A stretch of 64,000 nucleotides of DNA. Source: Candidatus Bathyarchaeia archaeon (GTDB taxonomy: Archaea; Thermoproteota; Bathyarchaeia; 40CM-2-53-6). The notes beneath the pieces were generated by a model. That model did no database searches. It was not told the origin of the DNA and worked only from the letters and a program-made list of their open reading frames with translations. Made by a program: the position numbers and the translations under genes. Positions 28,689-40,187 of this stretch are shown one piece after another. Position 1 is the stretch's first letter. Each line of letters starts with the position of its first letter. The DNA lies in NCBI GenBank assembly GCA_049513715.1, contig JBEKVV010000005.1, forward strand, positions 158,048 to 222,047. The letters run 5' to 3'.

Positions 28689-29783
28689 TTGGTTGATCGA
28701 AATCAAGAACTAAGAGAAGATTGTTTGGCACTCCTCAAGCGACTCCTAGAGGCGAGGGGTGTCTCTGGTTATGAAAACTCGATCAGAGATCTCGCTATGA
28801 ATGAACTGAAGAATTACGTGGACAATGTCGATGTTGACAACCTTGGCAGTGTAATAGGGGTGAAAAAAGGACTGGCCGACAAGCCGGCTATCCTAATGAT
28901 AGCAGCCCACATGGATGAGATAGGACTCCTAGTGAAACATATCGACGAGAAAGGCTTCCTATATTTCGAAAAGGTAGGAAGCGTTCATGAGAGATTTCTC
29001 TTCGCACAAGCTGCAACAGTACACACTGAGAAAGGACAACTAGAGGGAATCATCTTCTCCGAACCATTTGACACCCCGGAGGAACAGGAAAGGAAAGTCC
29101 CGGACTTGAAGTCATTCTATATGGACCTTGGAGCAAAAAGTAGGGCTGAAGTCGAACACCTAGGCGTGAGAATTGGGGACCCCATTACTATCGAGAGGCC
29201 TTTCAGAACCCTAGCGGGAAAGAACACGATAGCCAGCAGAGCATTCGACGATCGCGTTGGAATGTGCGTCCTCATCGAAGCCATGAAGCAGCTTAAAAAT
29301 GAACAACTGCCGCTCTCAATCTACGTTGTCTTCACTACCCAAGAGGAAGTTGGATTACGAGGAAGCCACGTTGCAGCATCCAAAATTGCCCCCCAAATGG
29401 CGATAGCCGTGGACGTAATGCCTGCTCGAGATACACCCGGCTTCAAAGAGAAAGAGTACATAACAAGGCTGGGCAGAGGACCAACAATCACGATAATGGA
29501 ATCAATACCTGATACACCCATAGGTCTGCTAACTCATCCAAAAGTCAGGAGGATGCTAGTCGAAACGGCTGAAGCCGAGGGGATTCCTTACCAAAGGGAG
29601 GTGTCCGCCGCGGGAACTAACGATGCCGCAGCTATTCAGCTAACGGGTGAAGGTGTTCCAAGTGGCGCAATTACCATTCCAACAAGGTACACACACGCGT
29701 ATGAACTGTTGGATACAAGTGACGTTGTGGACTCTGTTCGGTTGCTCGTTGCGTCCCTCCGTCGTGCGCATAACTACCTCTAA
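28689..29783 (+). CDS. M42 family aminopeptidase (TET-like)
   Basis: GVSGYE, AAHMDEIG, AFDDRVG, QEEVGLRG, AVDV, GTNDA, PTRYTH. Confidence 0.9.
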   Translation: MVDRNQELREDCLALLKRLLEARGVSGYENSIRDLAMNELKNYVDNVDVDNLGSVIGVKKGLADKPAILMIAAHMDEIGLLVKHIDEKGFLYFEKVGSVHERFLFAQAATVHTEKGQLEGIIFSEPFDTPEEQERKVPDLKSFYMDLGAKSRAEVEHLGVRIGDPITIERPFRTLAGKNTIASRAFDDRVGMCVLIEAMKQLKNEQLPLSIYVVFTTQEEVGLRGSHVAASKIAPQMAIAVDVMPARDTPGFKEKEYITRLGRGPTITIMESIPDTPIGLLTHPKVRRMLVETAEAEGIPYQREVSAAGTNDAAAIQLTGEGVPSGAITIPTRYTHAYELLDTSDVVDSVRLLVASLRRAHNYL

Positions 29784-29913
29784 GTGAATGAAACGCAGAT
29801 CGCGTTACTGCCTTGAGAACCCCCTCTGATCTACTGTATCGAGAAGTGTTAGGCGCCGAACCGCCGATGCACATCCGTCAGACCGTCAATTAGCAAATTA
29901 GCCAAAATGGCAT

Positions 29914-30882
29914 CTAGAGAGGAGGCAAAGAACTAAAGACTGAAGGAATCCCACCTGTGTGAAGAAATACAACTCGCTCGTCAACCCATTCTCCTTGTCG
30001 TGCTAAGTCAATAACGCCAGCCATCGCTTTTGCAGTATAAACCGGGTCCAGAAGAATGCCCTCGCATTGCCATAATTCCTTCAAGGTGGATTTCCCCTCC
30101 TTTGACGGCACACCATAACCTTCTCCGATATAGTCCGAATTCAGATGGACCTCCCCTCTGTGAAACTCTCTGTTGAGGCCAATCTTCTTGGACAGAGCGT
30201 TGGCGACGCCGCAAATGTATTCCTCGAACATTGGATCGTCATCATTTCGGATACCGAGAATTTTCATTTGCGAATTAGTCATCGCCTTTCCTACCAGGAT
30301 GCCAGCGTGAGTGCCGCCACTTGATGAACAAAACACAAGAACCGTTGGCTTCGGCGGTAAGTTCTGTAGTTGCTTTTCAAGCTCTTCAAAACCGGCCACA
30401 TAACCTTGGGCGCCGACCTCATTTGATCCTCCCACCGGGATTATGTAGGGGTTACGGCCTTCCTTTCGCAGCCGTTGGGCAAACGCGCCCATGGCGGAGA
30501 GGCGTTCTTGCTTGGAAGACACAATGTGGATTTTCGCATCAGCGAGGACATCAAGTAGGACATTTGCTGTGGGCGGGTCAGGTTTCTCACCTGCTAAGAA
30601 AAGGTGGCATTCTATTGAGATTTTCCGAGCAGCAGCAGCGATTATGCGAGCATGATTTGATTGCATTTGTCCTGCTGTTAAGATCACGTCGGACCTGTTC
30701 CGCAACACGTCAGCCATAAGAAATTCGGCCTTACGCGCCTTGTTTCCACCCATCGCAAAACCGGTCAAGTCATCGCGCTTGATCCAAACATCTCTGTTTA
30801 TTCTACGCGAAAACTCTTCGAGCCTATGCAGCGGAGTTGGTAAGGTGCACAGCGAAATACGTTCGTCCAAGAGTTCGTTCAA
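29914..30882 (-). CDS. D-cysteine desulfhydrase / ACC deaminase family PLP enzyme
   Basis: IKRDDLTG..GGNK.RK, QSNHAR, SSSGGT, LLDPVYT.K, FLHTGG. Confidence 0.9.
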   Translation of the reverse strand: MNELLDERISLCTLPTPLHRLEEFSRRINRDVWIKRDDLTGFAMGGNKARKAEFLMADVLRNRSDVILTAGQMQSNHARIIAAAARKISIECHLFLAGEKPDPPTANVLLDVLADAKIHIVSSKQERLSAMGAFAQRLRKEGRNPYIIPVGGSNEVGAQGYVAGFEELEKQLQNLPPKPTVLVFCSSSGGTHAGILVGKAMTNSQMKILGIRNDDDPMFEEYICGVANALSKKIGLNREFHRGEVHLNSDYIGEGYGVPSKEGKSTLKELWQCEGILLDPVYTAKAMAGVIDLARQGEWVDERVVFLHTGGIPSVFSSLPPL

Positions 30883-31039
30883 TTCCTAATTGCTCAGATC
30901 CGCAAATCTGCAATCTCGCATTTATCAACATCGCTCAATGACGTCGTCGTATTGAGGTCATTCATTAAGACTGGTTAGCCAGTGAACAGCTTCTTTAGTT
31001 GACATTGGGAGTTCAAAGCAATCGGACTGGGTCGATGTA

Positions 31040-32007
31040 ATGTTTCCTAGATTGAATCTTGCTACTGTACCAACTCCACTTCACAAATTAGAAGTCTTGT
31101 CACAGAGCCTAGGCATAGATCTGTGGATCAAACGTGATGACTTGACCGGTTTCGGAATGGGAGGGAACAAGGTTCGAGAAGCGGAATTTTTGCTAGCAGA
31201 TGCTGTGCAGCAAGAGGCAGATGTGGTGTTGACGGCTGGAACATACAATCCAACCATGTTAGAGTAATCGCTGCTGCTTCCCAGCGAGTTGGGTTGGAGT
31301 GTCATCTCTTTCTATCCGGACAGGAACCTGATCCTCCAACAGGCAATTTCCTGCTGGACCGCCTACTAGACGCGAAGATTCATTCTACTAGTTCAAGGGC
31401 AGAGCGTCACCCAGCCATGGAGGTTTTCGCGAGCCGCCTCAGGAACGAGGGGCATAGACCTTACGTCATTCCGGTAGGTGGCGCAAACGCGATCGGAGCG
31501 TACGGATACGTTTTAGGTTTCGAGGAGTTGGAAGGTCAAGTGCGTGGATTGCCCAAGAAACCGACGATTCTCATATTCGCTTCGTCTTCTGGGACGACAT
31601 ACGCGGGTCTCTTGATTGGAAAATTGCAGATAAAATCAGAAGTTCAGATTGTTGGAATAAGAACAGACTTGGATCCGAATCCTGAGAACGTAATTTGCGG
31701 GATAGCCAATGCTCTCGTTGAACGACTCGGAATTCAGGAGCGAGTTAGACGAGAAGAGGTTCATCTCAACAGGGATTATGTTGGAGAAGAATTCCGTGTG
31801 CCAACGAAAGAAGGAATCGACGCTCTAAGACTGCTATGGCGTCTGGAGGGCATTCTGCTTGAACCCGTTTACACAGGAAAAGGAATGGCAGGCCTGATTG
31901 ATCTTGCTCGAAAGGGCCTCGGGAAGACTGAGCGCGTTGTTTTTCTTCACACAGGAGGTGTTCCAGCGACCTTCAGCTTCCCAGAGATCCTCTCGCAATC
32001 AGTGTAA
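31040..32007 (+). pseudogene. Second D-cysteine desulfhydrase family gene, frameshifted near 31240
   Basis: N-terminal ORF ends TAG-T-YNPTMLE; IQSNHVRVIAAA continues in another frame (one base missing); remainder intact. Confidence 0.8.
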
Positions 32008-32204
32008 TGATGCAGGGAACTCATTTCTTCCCATAAATGCGAACTGGAGGAACCTTTTATGGACGCACCACACCGCAAACTTGTCGGCAATTTGTGATCC
32101 CTGCGGGACCTCGGACACCGAATCGCTAATAGCGCAAATCACAAGTTAGATTATTTGAGCTGCCTCCGAGCGGCATCGGTTTCAGGTATTAGATTCTTCT
32201 TGTT

Positions 32205-33047
32205 TCATTCACCATTCCGAATGAGGTCTTTGTTCGCAGCTTCTTCCACTCTGTCAAGCCAATCGTTAACTAACAGGTTGAACAGTTCCTCTTGTTCTCC
32301 CGGTCCTCCCAGAAAGTGGCCCGCCCGATCCAGCACGGCGAAAGTGGCTCTTGGATAGTTTTCCAAGATTCGCCACTGGTCGGAATATCCAACAACTGAA
32401 TCTTGTCTGCCACAAACAATGAGTGTTGGTTTGTCGAGATGTTCTGTGAATCCGTCTCGGTCAAAGGAGAAATTGTTGATTGTCTTAGACATAATGAACT
32501 TATGATCTGCGTCCGTATACGACGGGAGAGCGTAAGCTCTGAGGTAGTCCAGTGCTCTTTGACTCTGAACAACGAGGAAATTTCCCCTTAGAAAATCTTT
32601 TTCACGCTCAGTTAACTGCGAAGTGAACGTCGAATCTTCGACAAGCGTAGCATGAGAAGGCAGGTTCCGCTTCCCGTAGGTAATGACAGGGACCCAGAGA
32701 AATAACCCGTCAATAAGGGAGCCTCTTCCATGAACAACTCCACGTGCAAGATAACCACCATACGATTCACCTGCAAGCACAAAACGTTCCCCCCGCGTAA
32801 CGTTATCGATGAAGTCTAAGGTCACTCGAAGCATCTCGTCGTTACCAGTAATCCAATCTAGCCCGCGCGTTTTTCCATGGCCTGGCAAGTCAGGGTAGAG
32901 ACGCTTCCACCCTGAACGGTGGTTGAAAATCGGTTCCAAGCCGGCAACCATACAACGATGGTCTTCTTCCTTGCCATGAATTATAACGATTGGCCGACCT
33001 TCACCGAACGCCTCGTAGTTGACAGTTATCTTTCCCAGATGACATTC
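32205..33047 (-). CDS. Alpha/beta fold hydrolase
   Basis: YPDLPGHG, GESYGG nucleophile elbow, GRQD, AGH. Confidence 0.88.
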   Translation of the reverse strand, partial: ECHLGKITVNYEAFGEGRPIVIIHGKEEDHRCMVAGLEPIFNHRSGWKRLYPDLPGHGKTRGLDWITGNDEMLRVTLDFIDNVTRGERFVLAGESYGGYLARGVVHGRGSLIDGLFLWVPVITYGKRNLPSHATLVEDSTFTSQLTEREKDFLRGNFLVVQSQRALDYLRAYALPSYTDADHKFIMSKTINNFSFDRDGFTEHLDKPTLIVCGRQDSVVGYSDQWRILENYPRATFAVLDRAGHFLGGPGEQEELFNLLVNDWLDRVEEAANKDLIRNGE

Positions 33048-33256
33048 CATGAGAAAGGTCTCCAAGCGTGCAATGATGAGTCAACTTGCTCGAAACTATT
33101 GCTGGATCTGGAGAAAATGGATTCGGCCCAATAAAGGAAATAGGTATTTGTGTATGCGGGAAGTTGTGCCTAGTATATACAAATAGTAACTAATGAAAGC
33201 GTAAGTGCATAAACGTATTAGTTCACCTACGCCTTGATGAATATCGGGTCGGAGTT

Positions 33257-35080
33257 ATGTCTCCTAAATGGAAATATGCAATCGTAGGTGTAGTAATCAT
33301 CATCGTCTTGCTTGGCATTGTGGCATGGCAGTTCATCACGCCCAGTGTTCCGACCCCTCAGGTGACTCAGACAACTCAGGCAAGTGCCGTGCCGAACGCT
33401 GACACTTTGATTTGGGACACAACAGGCGAACCGAGGACCCTTGACCCAATGGATGCTTATGACGGACCTTCAATCCGTGAAATAGCTTCCGTCTATGATC
33501 GGTTGGTGAGTGAGGATTTCATTAATGGAACCTTACAGATCGTGCCGAGCTTGGCCACAAGTTGGGAGGTTGATTCATCAGGCAGAGTCTGGACGTTTCA
33601 TCTGCGTCAAGGTGTGAATTTCTCCAACGGCGATCCGTTCGATGCTAATGCTGTCAAGTACTCTTTCGATCGTTTGCTTAAGATGAATTCGCCATCAAGC
33701 GGCCTCGTATGGATGTTCAGTCAAGATATGAATCTGAACAGCACGAAAGTCATTGACAAGTATACTGTTCAAATCACGACGACGCAGCCTTCCGGTTTCT
33801 TTCTCTCTACTATAGCCACTTGGGCAGCGTCGATCGTTGACCCTGCGGTCGTTGAAGCTCATGGAGGCGTAGTGGCCAACCAGGACAATCAGTGGATGTA
33901 CGACCACGAGGTCGGTACAGGTCCTTACATGCTCGTGGAGTGGCAGCACAATCAATACATAAAATTGACCGCGAATCCGAACTATTGGGGTGGATGGGAC
34001 GGAAAGCACGTCAAGAACGTAGTCATCAACCTCGTAAACGACCAGGTAACGAGGGAACTTCACTTGCAGAAAGGTGACGCTGACGTTGCTGATGTCTCGC
34101 CCGCTCACTATTCAGACCTACAGAACTCCACAGGTGTTACCATATCCTCAGGCGTGGCCTTCAGGACACAGTTCGTGACCATCAATGTTCGACCTACTTA
34201 TCATGGTCAGCCTAACCCACTCAACAGCACGTTGGTCCGACAAGCGATTTCATACGCAACAGACTACGACACTATCATTCAGCAAGTGTATAGAGGCTAT
34301 GCTATCAGGCTTCAAGGCGCCATTCCGAAAGGAATGTTCGGTCATGATAATGACTTGTTCATGTACAACTTCGACGTGACTAAAGCGAAGGATTTGATGA
34401 AGCAGGCAGGATATAATGTGGACAGCCCGAACTTCAAGTACATTCCTCTAGACCTCATTTATCCCATCGGAATGGATGACCAACGCCAGATTTCGTCAAT
34501 TGTGCAAGGGAACTTGGCAAGTATTGGGTTCGAAGTTACGATAACACCGCTGACAATGCCGGTGTTGCTTGGGAAGATGTCTGCGGGCGATTATCAGCTG
34601 CTTGTCCTGTACTGGGGAGCAGACTACAATGACCCTGACGATTTTGCTTTTGCATTTCTTTCATCCGCCAACGTAGGAGCACAGTTCGGCCAATCCGCCG
34701 TAACCGGCGATACGTGGGGAACAGGTTGGGTGAACACACAGGTGGATCAACTCCTATGGAAGGCGAAATTGAGCACCAATATGAATGATCGGTTCCAGCT
34801 CTATAAGCAGGCTCAGGAAATAGCGATTAATGATCCCAACATGGTTTACGTGGCACAACCTGGATGGACTATGCCCATGAGAACTTGGGTGCACGGTTTT
34901 GAATACATTCCAGCAGGTCTCTTTGACTATCTCTACTACAAGGTTTACAAGGAGATTTCGACTCAACCAGCGTCGCTTATCACTCCACTCTCACCTTTCT
35001 CAACTGCAAGCTATGCTGCTGAAAGTATTCTGCAAATGAAGGAAAATGTGCCTAATTCACACGAATTAACCACGAACTGA
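33257..35080 (+). CDS. dppA: ABC peptide transporter substrate-binding protein (family 5)
   Basis: PSLATSWE, WTFHLRQGV.F..GDPF.A..VKYSFDR, GTGPY, VRQAI.YA.D. Confidence 0.9.
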   Translation: MSPKWKYAIVGVVIIIVLLGIVAWQFITPSVPTPQVTQTTQASAVPNADTLIWDTTGEPRTLDPMDAYDGPSIREIASVYDRLVSEDFINGTLQIVPSLATSWEVDSSGRVWTFHLRQGVNFSNGDPFDANAVKYSFDRLLKMNSPSSGLVWMFSQDMNLNSTKVIDKYTVQITTTQPSGFFLSTIATWAASIVDPAVVEAHGGVVANQDNQWMYDHEVGTGPYMLVEWQHNQYIKLTANPNYWGGWDGKHVKNVVINLVNDQVTRELHLQKGDADVADVSPAHYSDLQNSTGVTISSGVAFRTQFVTINVRPTYHGQPNPLNSTLVRQAISYATDYDTIIQQVYRGYAIRLQGAIPKGMFGHDNDLFMYNFDVTKAKDLMKQAGYNVDSPNFKYIPLDLIYPIGMDDQRQISSIVQGNLASIGFEVTITPLTMPVLLGKMSAGDYQLLVLYWGADYNDPDDFAFAFLSSANVGAQFGQSAVTGDTWGTGWVNTQVDQLLWKAKLSTNMNDRFQLYKQAQEIAINDPNMVYVAQPGWTMPMRTWVHGFEYIPAGLFDYLYYKVYKEISTQPASLITPLSPFSTASYAAESILQMKENVPNSHELTTN

Positions 35081-35158
35081 CCGCTTCTTGCGCGGGCAAG
35101 AGGCGGGCTGGCTTTTCTTTAGACAAAGGCTGCGTTTTCGTCAAGAGTGCATTAAACA

Positions 35159-36166
35159 ATGCCTGTCAAAGCCTGGCAGTACATAGCGAGAAGGATGTTA
35201 CTGCTTGCTTTTGTGCTCTTGGGCCTTACCGCTCTGACTTTCGCTATTTCCCACGTGATTCCAGCAGACCCTGCAAGAGCGTGGGCGGGGATGAAGGCGC
35301 AATCCTCAACAATTCAAGAAATACGAGAACGTTATCACCTTAATGAGCCCCTCCCCGTACAGTACTATCTATACTTGAGCGATTTGCTTCATGGCAATCT
35401 CGGGTATTCACTGGTTCTAAACACTTTAGTTGCTGATGTAATCGTCGAGGCGTTTCCAGCGACATTTGAGCTAACATTTGTCAGCATGATTATAGCGGTC
35501 ACAGTGGGGGTAGTGCTTGGCATTTTATCGGCCATAAAGCGCAACAGGATTATCGATCATGTCACCAGGATATTTGCACTGACAGGAATATCGATGCCTG
35601 TATTTTGGCTTGGTCTACTGTTACAGATATTATTCTATTACAGGTTGGGTTTGTTGCCCTCTGGGGGACGCGGCGCGACGCCAACCCACTATACAGGCCT
35701 CTATTTACTGGACAGTATAGTGAGCGGAAACCTCGACACGTTCATCGATGACCTGAGGCACATCATCCTTCCCTCAATTGTTCTGTCATATGCCACGATT
35801 GGCATTATAACGCGGATAACGCGATCGAGTATGCTCGAGGTCCTGAGGCAAGACTATCTGACGACTGCTAGAGCAAAGGGTCTTCCTGAGAGGATCGTCG
35901 TCTACAAACACGCGTTGCGCAATGCCTTGATACCGACTGTTACAGTTGCTGGTCTCTCATTTGCAAGCCTTTTAGGAGGTGCCGTCCTAACCGAAACCAT
36001 ATTCAGTTGGCCTGGGGTAGGTCAGTTAGCTTATCAGTCGATAGTTTCGCTTGATTTCCCGCTTCTGATGGGGCTAACATTGCTATTTGGTGTCATTATG
36101 GTCTTTTCCAATTTGATTGTCGATCTGATTTATGTGGTTCTCGATCCGCGAATTAGGCTAGAATGA
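35159..36166 (+). CDS. dppB: ABC peptide transporter permease
   Basis: PADPA, TARAKGL, HALRNA, ETIFSWPG.G, LDPRI. Confidence 0.92.
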   Translation: MPVKAWQYIARRMLLLAFVLLGLTALTFAISHVIPADPARAWAGMKAQSSTIQEIRERYHLNEPLPVQYYLYLSDLLHGNLGYSLVLNTLVADVIVEAFPATFELTFVSMIIAVTVGVVLGILSAIKRNRIIDHVTRIFALTGISMPVFWLGLLLQILFYYRLGLLPSGGRGATPTHYTGLYLLDSIVSGNLDTFIDDLRHIILPSIVLSYATIGIITRITRSSMLEVLRQDYLTTARAKGLPERIVVYKHALRNALIPTVTVAGLSFASLLGGAVLTETIFSWPGVGQLAYQSIVSLDFPLLMGLTLLFGVIMVFSNLIVDLIYVVLDPRIRLE

Positions 36167-36167
36167 T

Positions 36168-37073
36168 ATGAGAACGCAAAGGTTACGGCTGGAACTCGGT
36201 TCGTCTGTCGACAGACTGGAGCCACTAATTCGTTTCCTGCGAAGCAATCTCTTAGCGGCGGTCGGCCTTACCATAATCACCGCGCTTATTGTTTTGGCTA
36301 TTGGTGCGCCCTACATTTCGGTTCAGCACCCCGTCAGTCACGGTGGAGGAGAGCGTTGGGTAATGAGTTTCACTGATGTGCTTCAGCCGCCAAGCTGGGT
36401 GCACCCATTTGGAACTGACGATCTGGGGCACGATATCTTCAGCATGGTACTGTACGGAGGGCAGAAATCACTCAGAGTAGGCCTAATCGTAGTCGCCATT
36501 TCCTCTATCATTGGTGGCCTGCTGGGGGCCTTCTCAGGCTATCGCGGTGGAACTTGGGACGAATTGCTAATGAGAGTTACGGACATCTTCTTCGCGATCC
36601 CAGCGTTCATCCTTGCAATGGCCGTGGGCGCCGCATTAGGCCCGAGTCTCGATCATGTAATGCTCTCTCTTGTTGTTGTGTGGTGGCCGACCTATGCCAG
36701 AATAATGCGCGGTCTGGCGTTATCCGTTAGAGAGAATCTATATGTTGAGGCCGCGAGAGCCGCAGGGGCCAGCCCCAGTCGAGTAGTGCTGGTGCATATT
36801 ATACCCAATTCAGTCGCCCCGATTCTTGTGCAGGCAACCATGGACATCGGGAATGTGATTTTGGTAGCTGCAGGGTTGGGTTTCTTAGGCTTAGGATCAC
36901 CACCGGGGACAGCGGAGTGGGGCATAATGATAAGCCAAGGCGCCGCTTACATCGTTCACGACTGGTGGTGGGTCACTTTCCCCGGCCTATTCATTCTCCT
37001 CACCGTACTGGCGTTCAACCTTCTGGGTGATGGACTGCGTGATTTTCTGGATCCAAGACTGAGAAGGGGGTAA
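36168..37073 (+). CDS. dppC: ABC peptide transporter permease
   Basis: HPFGTDDLG.D, YVEAARA.GA, HI.PN, FNLLGDGLRD.LDP. Confidence 0.92.
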   Translation: MRTQRLRLELGSSVDRLEPLIRFLRSNLLAAVGLTIITALIVLAIGAPYISVQHPVSHGGGERWVMSFTDVLQPPSWVHPFGTDDLGHDIFSMVLYGGQKSLRVGLIVVAISSIIGGLLGAFSGYRGGTWDELLMRVTDIFFAIPAFILAMAVGAALGPSLDHVMLSLVVVWWPTYARIMRGLALSVRENLYVEAARAAGASPSRVVLVHIIPNSVAPILVQATMDIGNVILVAAGLGFLGLGSPPGTAEWGIMISQGAAYIVHDWWWVTFPGLFILLTVLAFNLLGDGLRDFLDPRLRRG

Positions 37074-37094
37074 CTGGGTATCACCAACACTGTC

Positions 37095-38255
37095 TTGGCG
37101 GTTGAGGAGCTTAGAACTTACTTCTATACTCATGCCGGTGTTGTGCGCGCGTTAGAGGGAGTAAACATCTCAATTCCCAAAGGAGAAACCGTAGGCATCG
37201 TGGGAGAAACCGGATGCGGAAAATCCGTAACCGCCCTATCGATCCTACGGCTTGTCCCATATCCTCCTGGGAAGATCGTGAGCGGTCATGTGTGGTTTAA
37301 AGGAAAGGACTTGCTGTCGTTACGTGAGGATCAACTTCAAAGAATCAGAGGCGCAGAGATTGCGATGGTATTCCAGGACCCAGCAACTTATCTGAATCCC
37401 GCATTCAAGATAGGCGAACAAATCGCAGAAGCGGTTCTCTTGCACCAGGACCTTGGCCAAGCCGCATTGCAGATTAAGATAGCTGATCGGGAGGCGGAGA
37501 TACAGCGCCTTTTGAGTGGGAAAACGCTCCAGGCGGTGATTGCCCGCAAGCTCTTTCCAGGCTCTGTAAAGCGACTTTCAGCCCAGATTGCACGTTCGAA
37601 GCATCTTCTGAACGATCCCCCTAAGCCTTCACGGAGGGAAGCGAAGAATGCTGCGTGGCATATTGCCGTCCAAACTCTAAAGCAAGTTCAAATTCCTGAT
37701 GCCGAACGAGTAGCCGACAGTTATCCACATGAATTGAGCGGCGGAATGAAGCAGCGGTGCATGATTGCGATGGCAATGTGCTGCAACCCTCTCCTGCTGA
37801 TAGCTGACGAACCGACCACTGGACTTGACGTAACAGTCCAAGCGCAGATACTCCAGTTGCTGCGCGAGCTCAGGCAGCGATTGGAATCGTCGATTGCGAT
37901 AATCACCCACGACTTGGGAGTAGTTGCCGAAATATGTGACCGGGTGGCAATAATGTATGCTGGTGCCGTAGTGGAGTTTGCTCCAGTCGTTGAGATCTTT
38001 GACAGGCCATTGCATCCCTACACCCAAGGTCTTCTCAAATCGATTCCCCGGATCGGGTCGAGAAAAGAGCTTACTGCTATTCCTGGTACAGTTCCGGACA
38101 TGCTAAACGTCCCGAGAGGATGCGCTTTCCATCCACGATGCCCCTATGTGATGGAGACTTGTAGGATTCAAACTCCAAGCCTAGTTGAAGTCGAATCTGA
38201 ACATTTCGTGAGTTGCTACCTCCACCAAACTAAGACAGCTGAGCGCGCAAATTGA
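37095..38255 (+). CDS. dppD: ABC peptide transporter ATP-binding protein (with ~60-aa helical insertion)
   Basis: GETGCGKS, YPHELSGGMKQR, ADEPTT, C-terminal C.FHPRC. Confidence 0.92.
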   Translation: MAVEELRTYFYTHAGVVRALEGVNISIPKGETVGIVGETGCGKSVTALSILRLVPYPPGKIVSGHVWFKGKDLLSLREDQLQRIRGAEIAMVFQDPATYLNPAFKIGEQIAEAVLLHQDLGQAALQIKIADREAEIQRLLSGKTLQAVIARKLFPGSVKRLSAQIARSKHLLNDPPKPSRREAKNAAWHIAVQTLKQVQIPDAERVADSYPHELSGGMKQRCMIAMAMCCNPLLLIADEPTTGLDVTVQAQILQLLRELRQRLESSIAIITHDLGVVAEICDRVAIMYAGAVVEFAPVVEIFDRPLHPYTQGLLKSIPRIGSRKELTAIPGTVPDMLNVPRGCAFHPRCPYVMETCRIQTPSLVEVESEHFVSCYLHQTKTAERAN

Positions 38256-39223
38256 CTAACGCGTTAATCGAAGTCAATGACCTCGTGAAGTTCTTCCCCG
38301 TACGGGGTGGAATTATCAACCGCGTTGTCGATGTGGTTCGCGCAGTGGATCGAATAAGCTTTGAGATAAACAGAGCAGAGACCTTCGGCCTCGTTGGTGA
38401 ATCCGGCTGCGGAAAGACTACCACAGCAAGATGCGTCCTACGACTGATTGAGCCCACCTCCGGCCGCGTATCATTCGATGGGGAGGATATTACTCACCTT
38501 TCTCAGAACAAGTTCAGAAAGCTACGATCAAATATGCAGATAGTATTCCAGGATCCTCAGTCATCCCTTGATCCTCGAATGAAAATCGAATCGATTATTG
38601 AAGAACCATTGAAATACGCAGGCGCTTTAACAGCCACAGAGAGACGCGTGCGGGTTGCCGAACTAATCGAGAAAGTTGGATTGACCCGCGAACACCTTGG
38701 TCGTTATCCGCACGAGCTTAGCGGTGGGCAAAGGCAGCGAATCGGAGTTGCTAGGGCATTGGCGACCAATCCGAGATTAGTAATTTTGGATGAACCAACA
38801 TCTTCCTTAGACGTGTCAGTGCAAGCACAGATACTGAATCTGTTGAAGCAGCTTCAGGCAGACTATGATCTCACTTACCTTCTCATCTCACATCACCTAA
38901 GCCTAGTGGACTACATGAGCCAGCGAATTGCCGTGATGTACATGGGGAAGATTGTCGAGATAGGAATAAGTGATGACATATTCGTGAAGCCGCTTCATCC
39001 TTACACACAGATCTTGCTGTCTTCTCTGCCGAAAGATCACCCAAAGGATTCCCGCCAACGGATTATTCTGAAAGGGGACGTCCCAAGTCTGCTTAATCCT
39101 CCGTCAGGTTGCAGGTTTAGAACGAGATGCCCCTCCGCCATGTCAGTCTGCGCGGAGAAAGAGCCGCAACTTATTAGCGTGGGCGGGAAGCACCTTGTTG
39201 CTTGTCACCTAATTATCGACTGA
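38252..39223 (+). CDS. dppF: ABC peptide transporter ATP-binding protein
   Basis: GESGCGKT, YPHELSGGQRQR, LDEPTS, GCRFRTRC. Confidence 0.92.
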   Translation: MTNALIEVNDLVKFFPVRGGIINRVVDVVRAVDRISFEINRAETFGLVGESGCGKTTTARCVLRLIEPTSGRVSFDGEDITHLSQNKFRKLRSNMQIVFQDPQSSLDPRMKIESIIEEPLKYAGALTATERRVRVAELIEKVGLTREHLGRYPHELSGGQRQRIGVARALATNPRLVILDEPTSSLDVSVQAQILNLLKQLQADYDLTYLLISHHLSLVDYMSQRIAVMYMGKIVEIGISDDIFVKPLHPYTQILLSSLPKDHPKDSRQRIILKGDVPSLLNPPSGCRFRTRCPSAMSVCAEKEPQLISVGGKHLVACHLIID

Positions 39224-40187
39224 AGATGATTTTTGAATCTTCCGTGTCAGAATGGAGCGTCCGTCCAGAGTCGAACCCGTGGGTTTGCCTATCCTGCTCT
39301 TAACAGCGCCTGGCAGAGATGAGAGAGTTGAGCAAGCTACAATTCTCCATCAGAGCAATTGACAACGGGTTTCTAGTTGAATCCAACTACAAAGAGCAGA
39401 TTCTGAGCGGGGGCGCCGCCGGCAGGATACGTACCTGGGTGGGTGAATTTCTGGGACTCGGGAAATCCAGCCATAATTCCAGGTGATGGGTCAACAAGGG
39501 AAGCTTCGGGCATGCACTAGTTGAAACAGACTGCTGTAACACTCGTGCTCTATGACGGCTCCTATCTAAATTGCCTTCCCAACAGCTCACGTTTCCTTAT
39601 GCCTGTTGCCCTCTTCATTGAAAACTCCTTTAACCAATCACTTATGTTGGAAATACCTGCCCCCAGCAAGAGACTGCCCAAAATCACGCTGCCGTCAAAT
39701 GTCGATTGCTCAGCTTCATCATCATAGGAGAGTATCACCTGACCTTTCTGTGTCATTTGCCATTGGGCCGAGTACATTGTCCTGTTGTCAAAGCGGTTAA
39801 AGTAAACGTATCCAACTAGTTGAGTATTCGCCAGAGAAATAGGGATAGTATGCAGAGATTATCCATTCGGTTATCATCTGAACAGAGCCGATGCTATATC
39901 GATTCTTCCACAATTCACTAATCTGAGGTTCCTGCGATATACACATCAACTTGTTCTGGTCAAGAATTTCGTATATCTGACGCGTCCGGCTTATGACCTT
40001 CTTGATAGCCATCAGATATGCCCAGTCTTCACATTGCCCCAAATGCTCTACATTCTCAAAATCCTATTTGATCATTCAATAAACGTAATGGACGTATCCG
40101 TGCAAACAAATTCCAACGTTGTACACCCAGTGACTACAGGTGACTCCAAGGTGACTGTAAGTGACTTGATATGGGGGACCTATTGAA

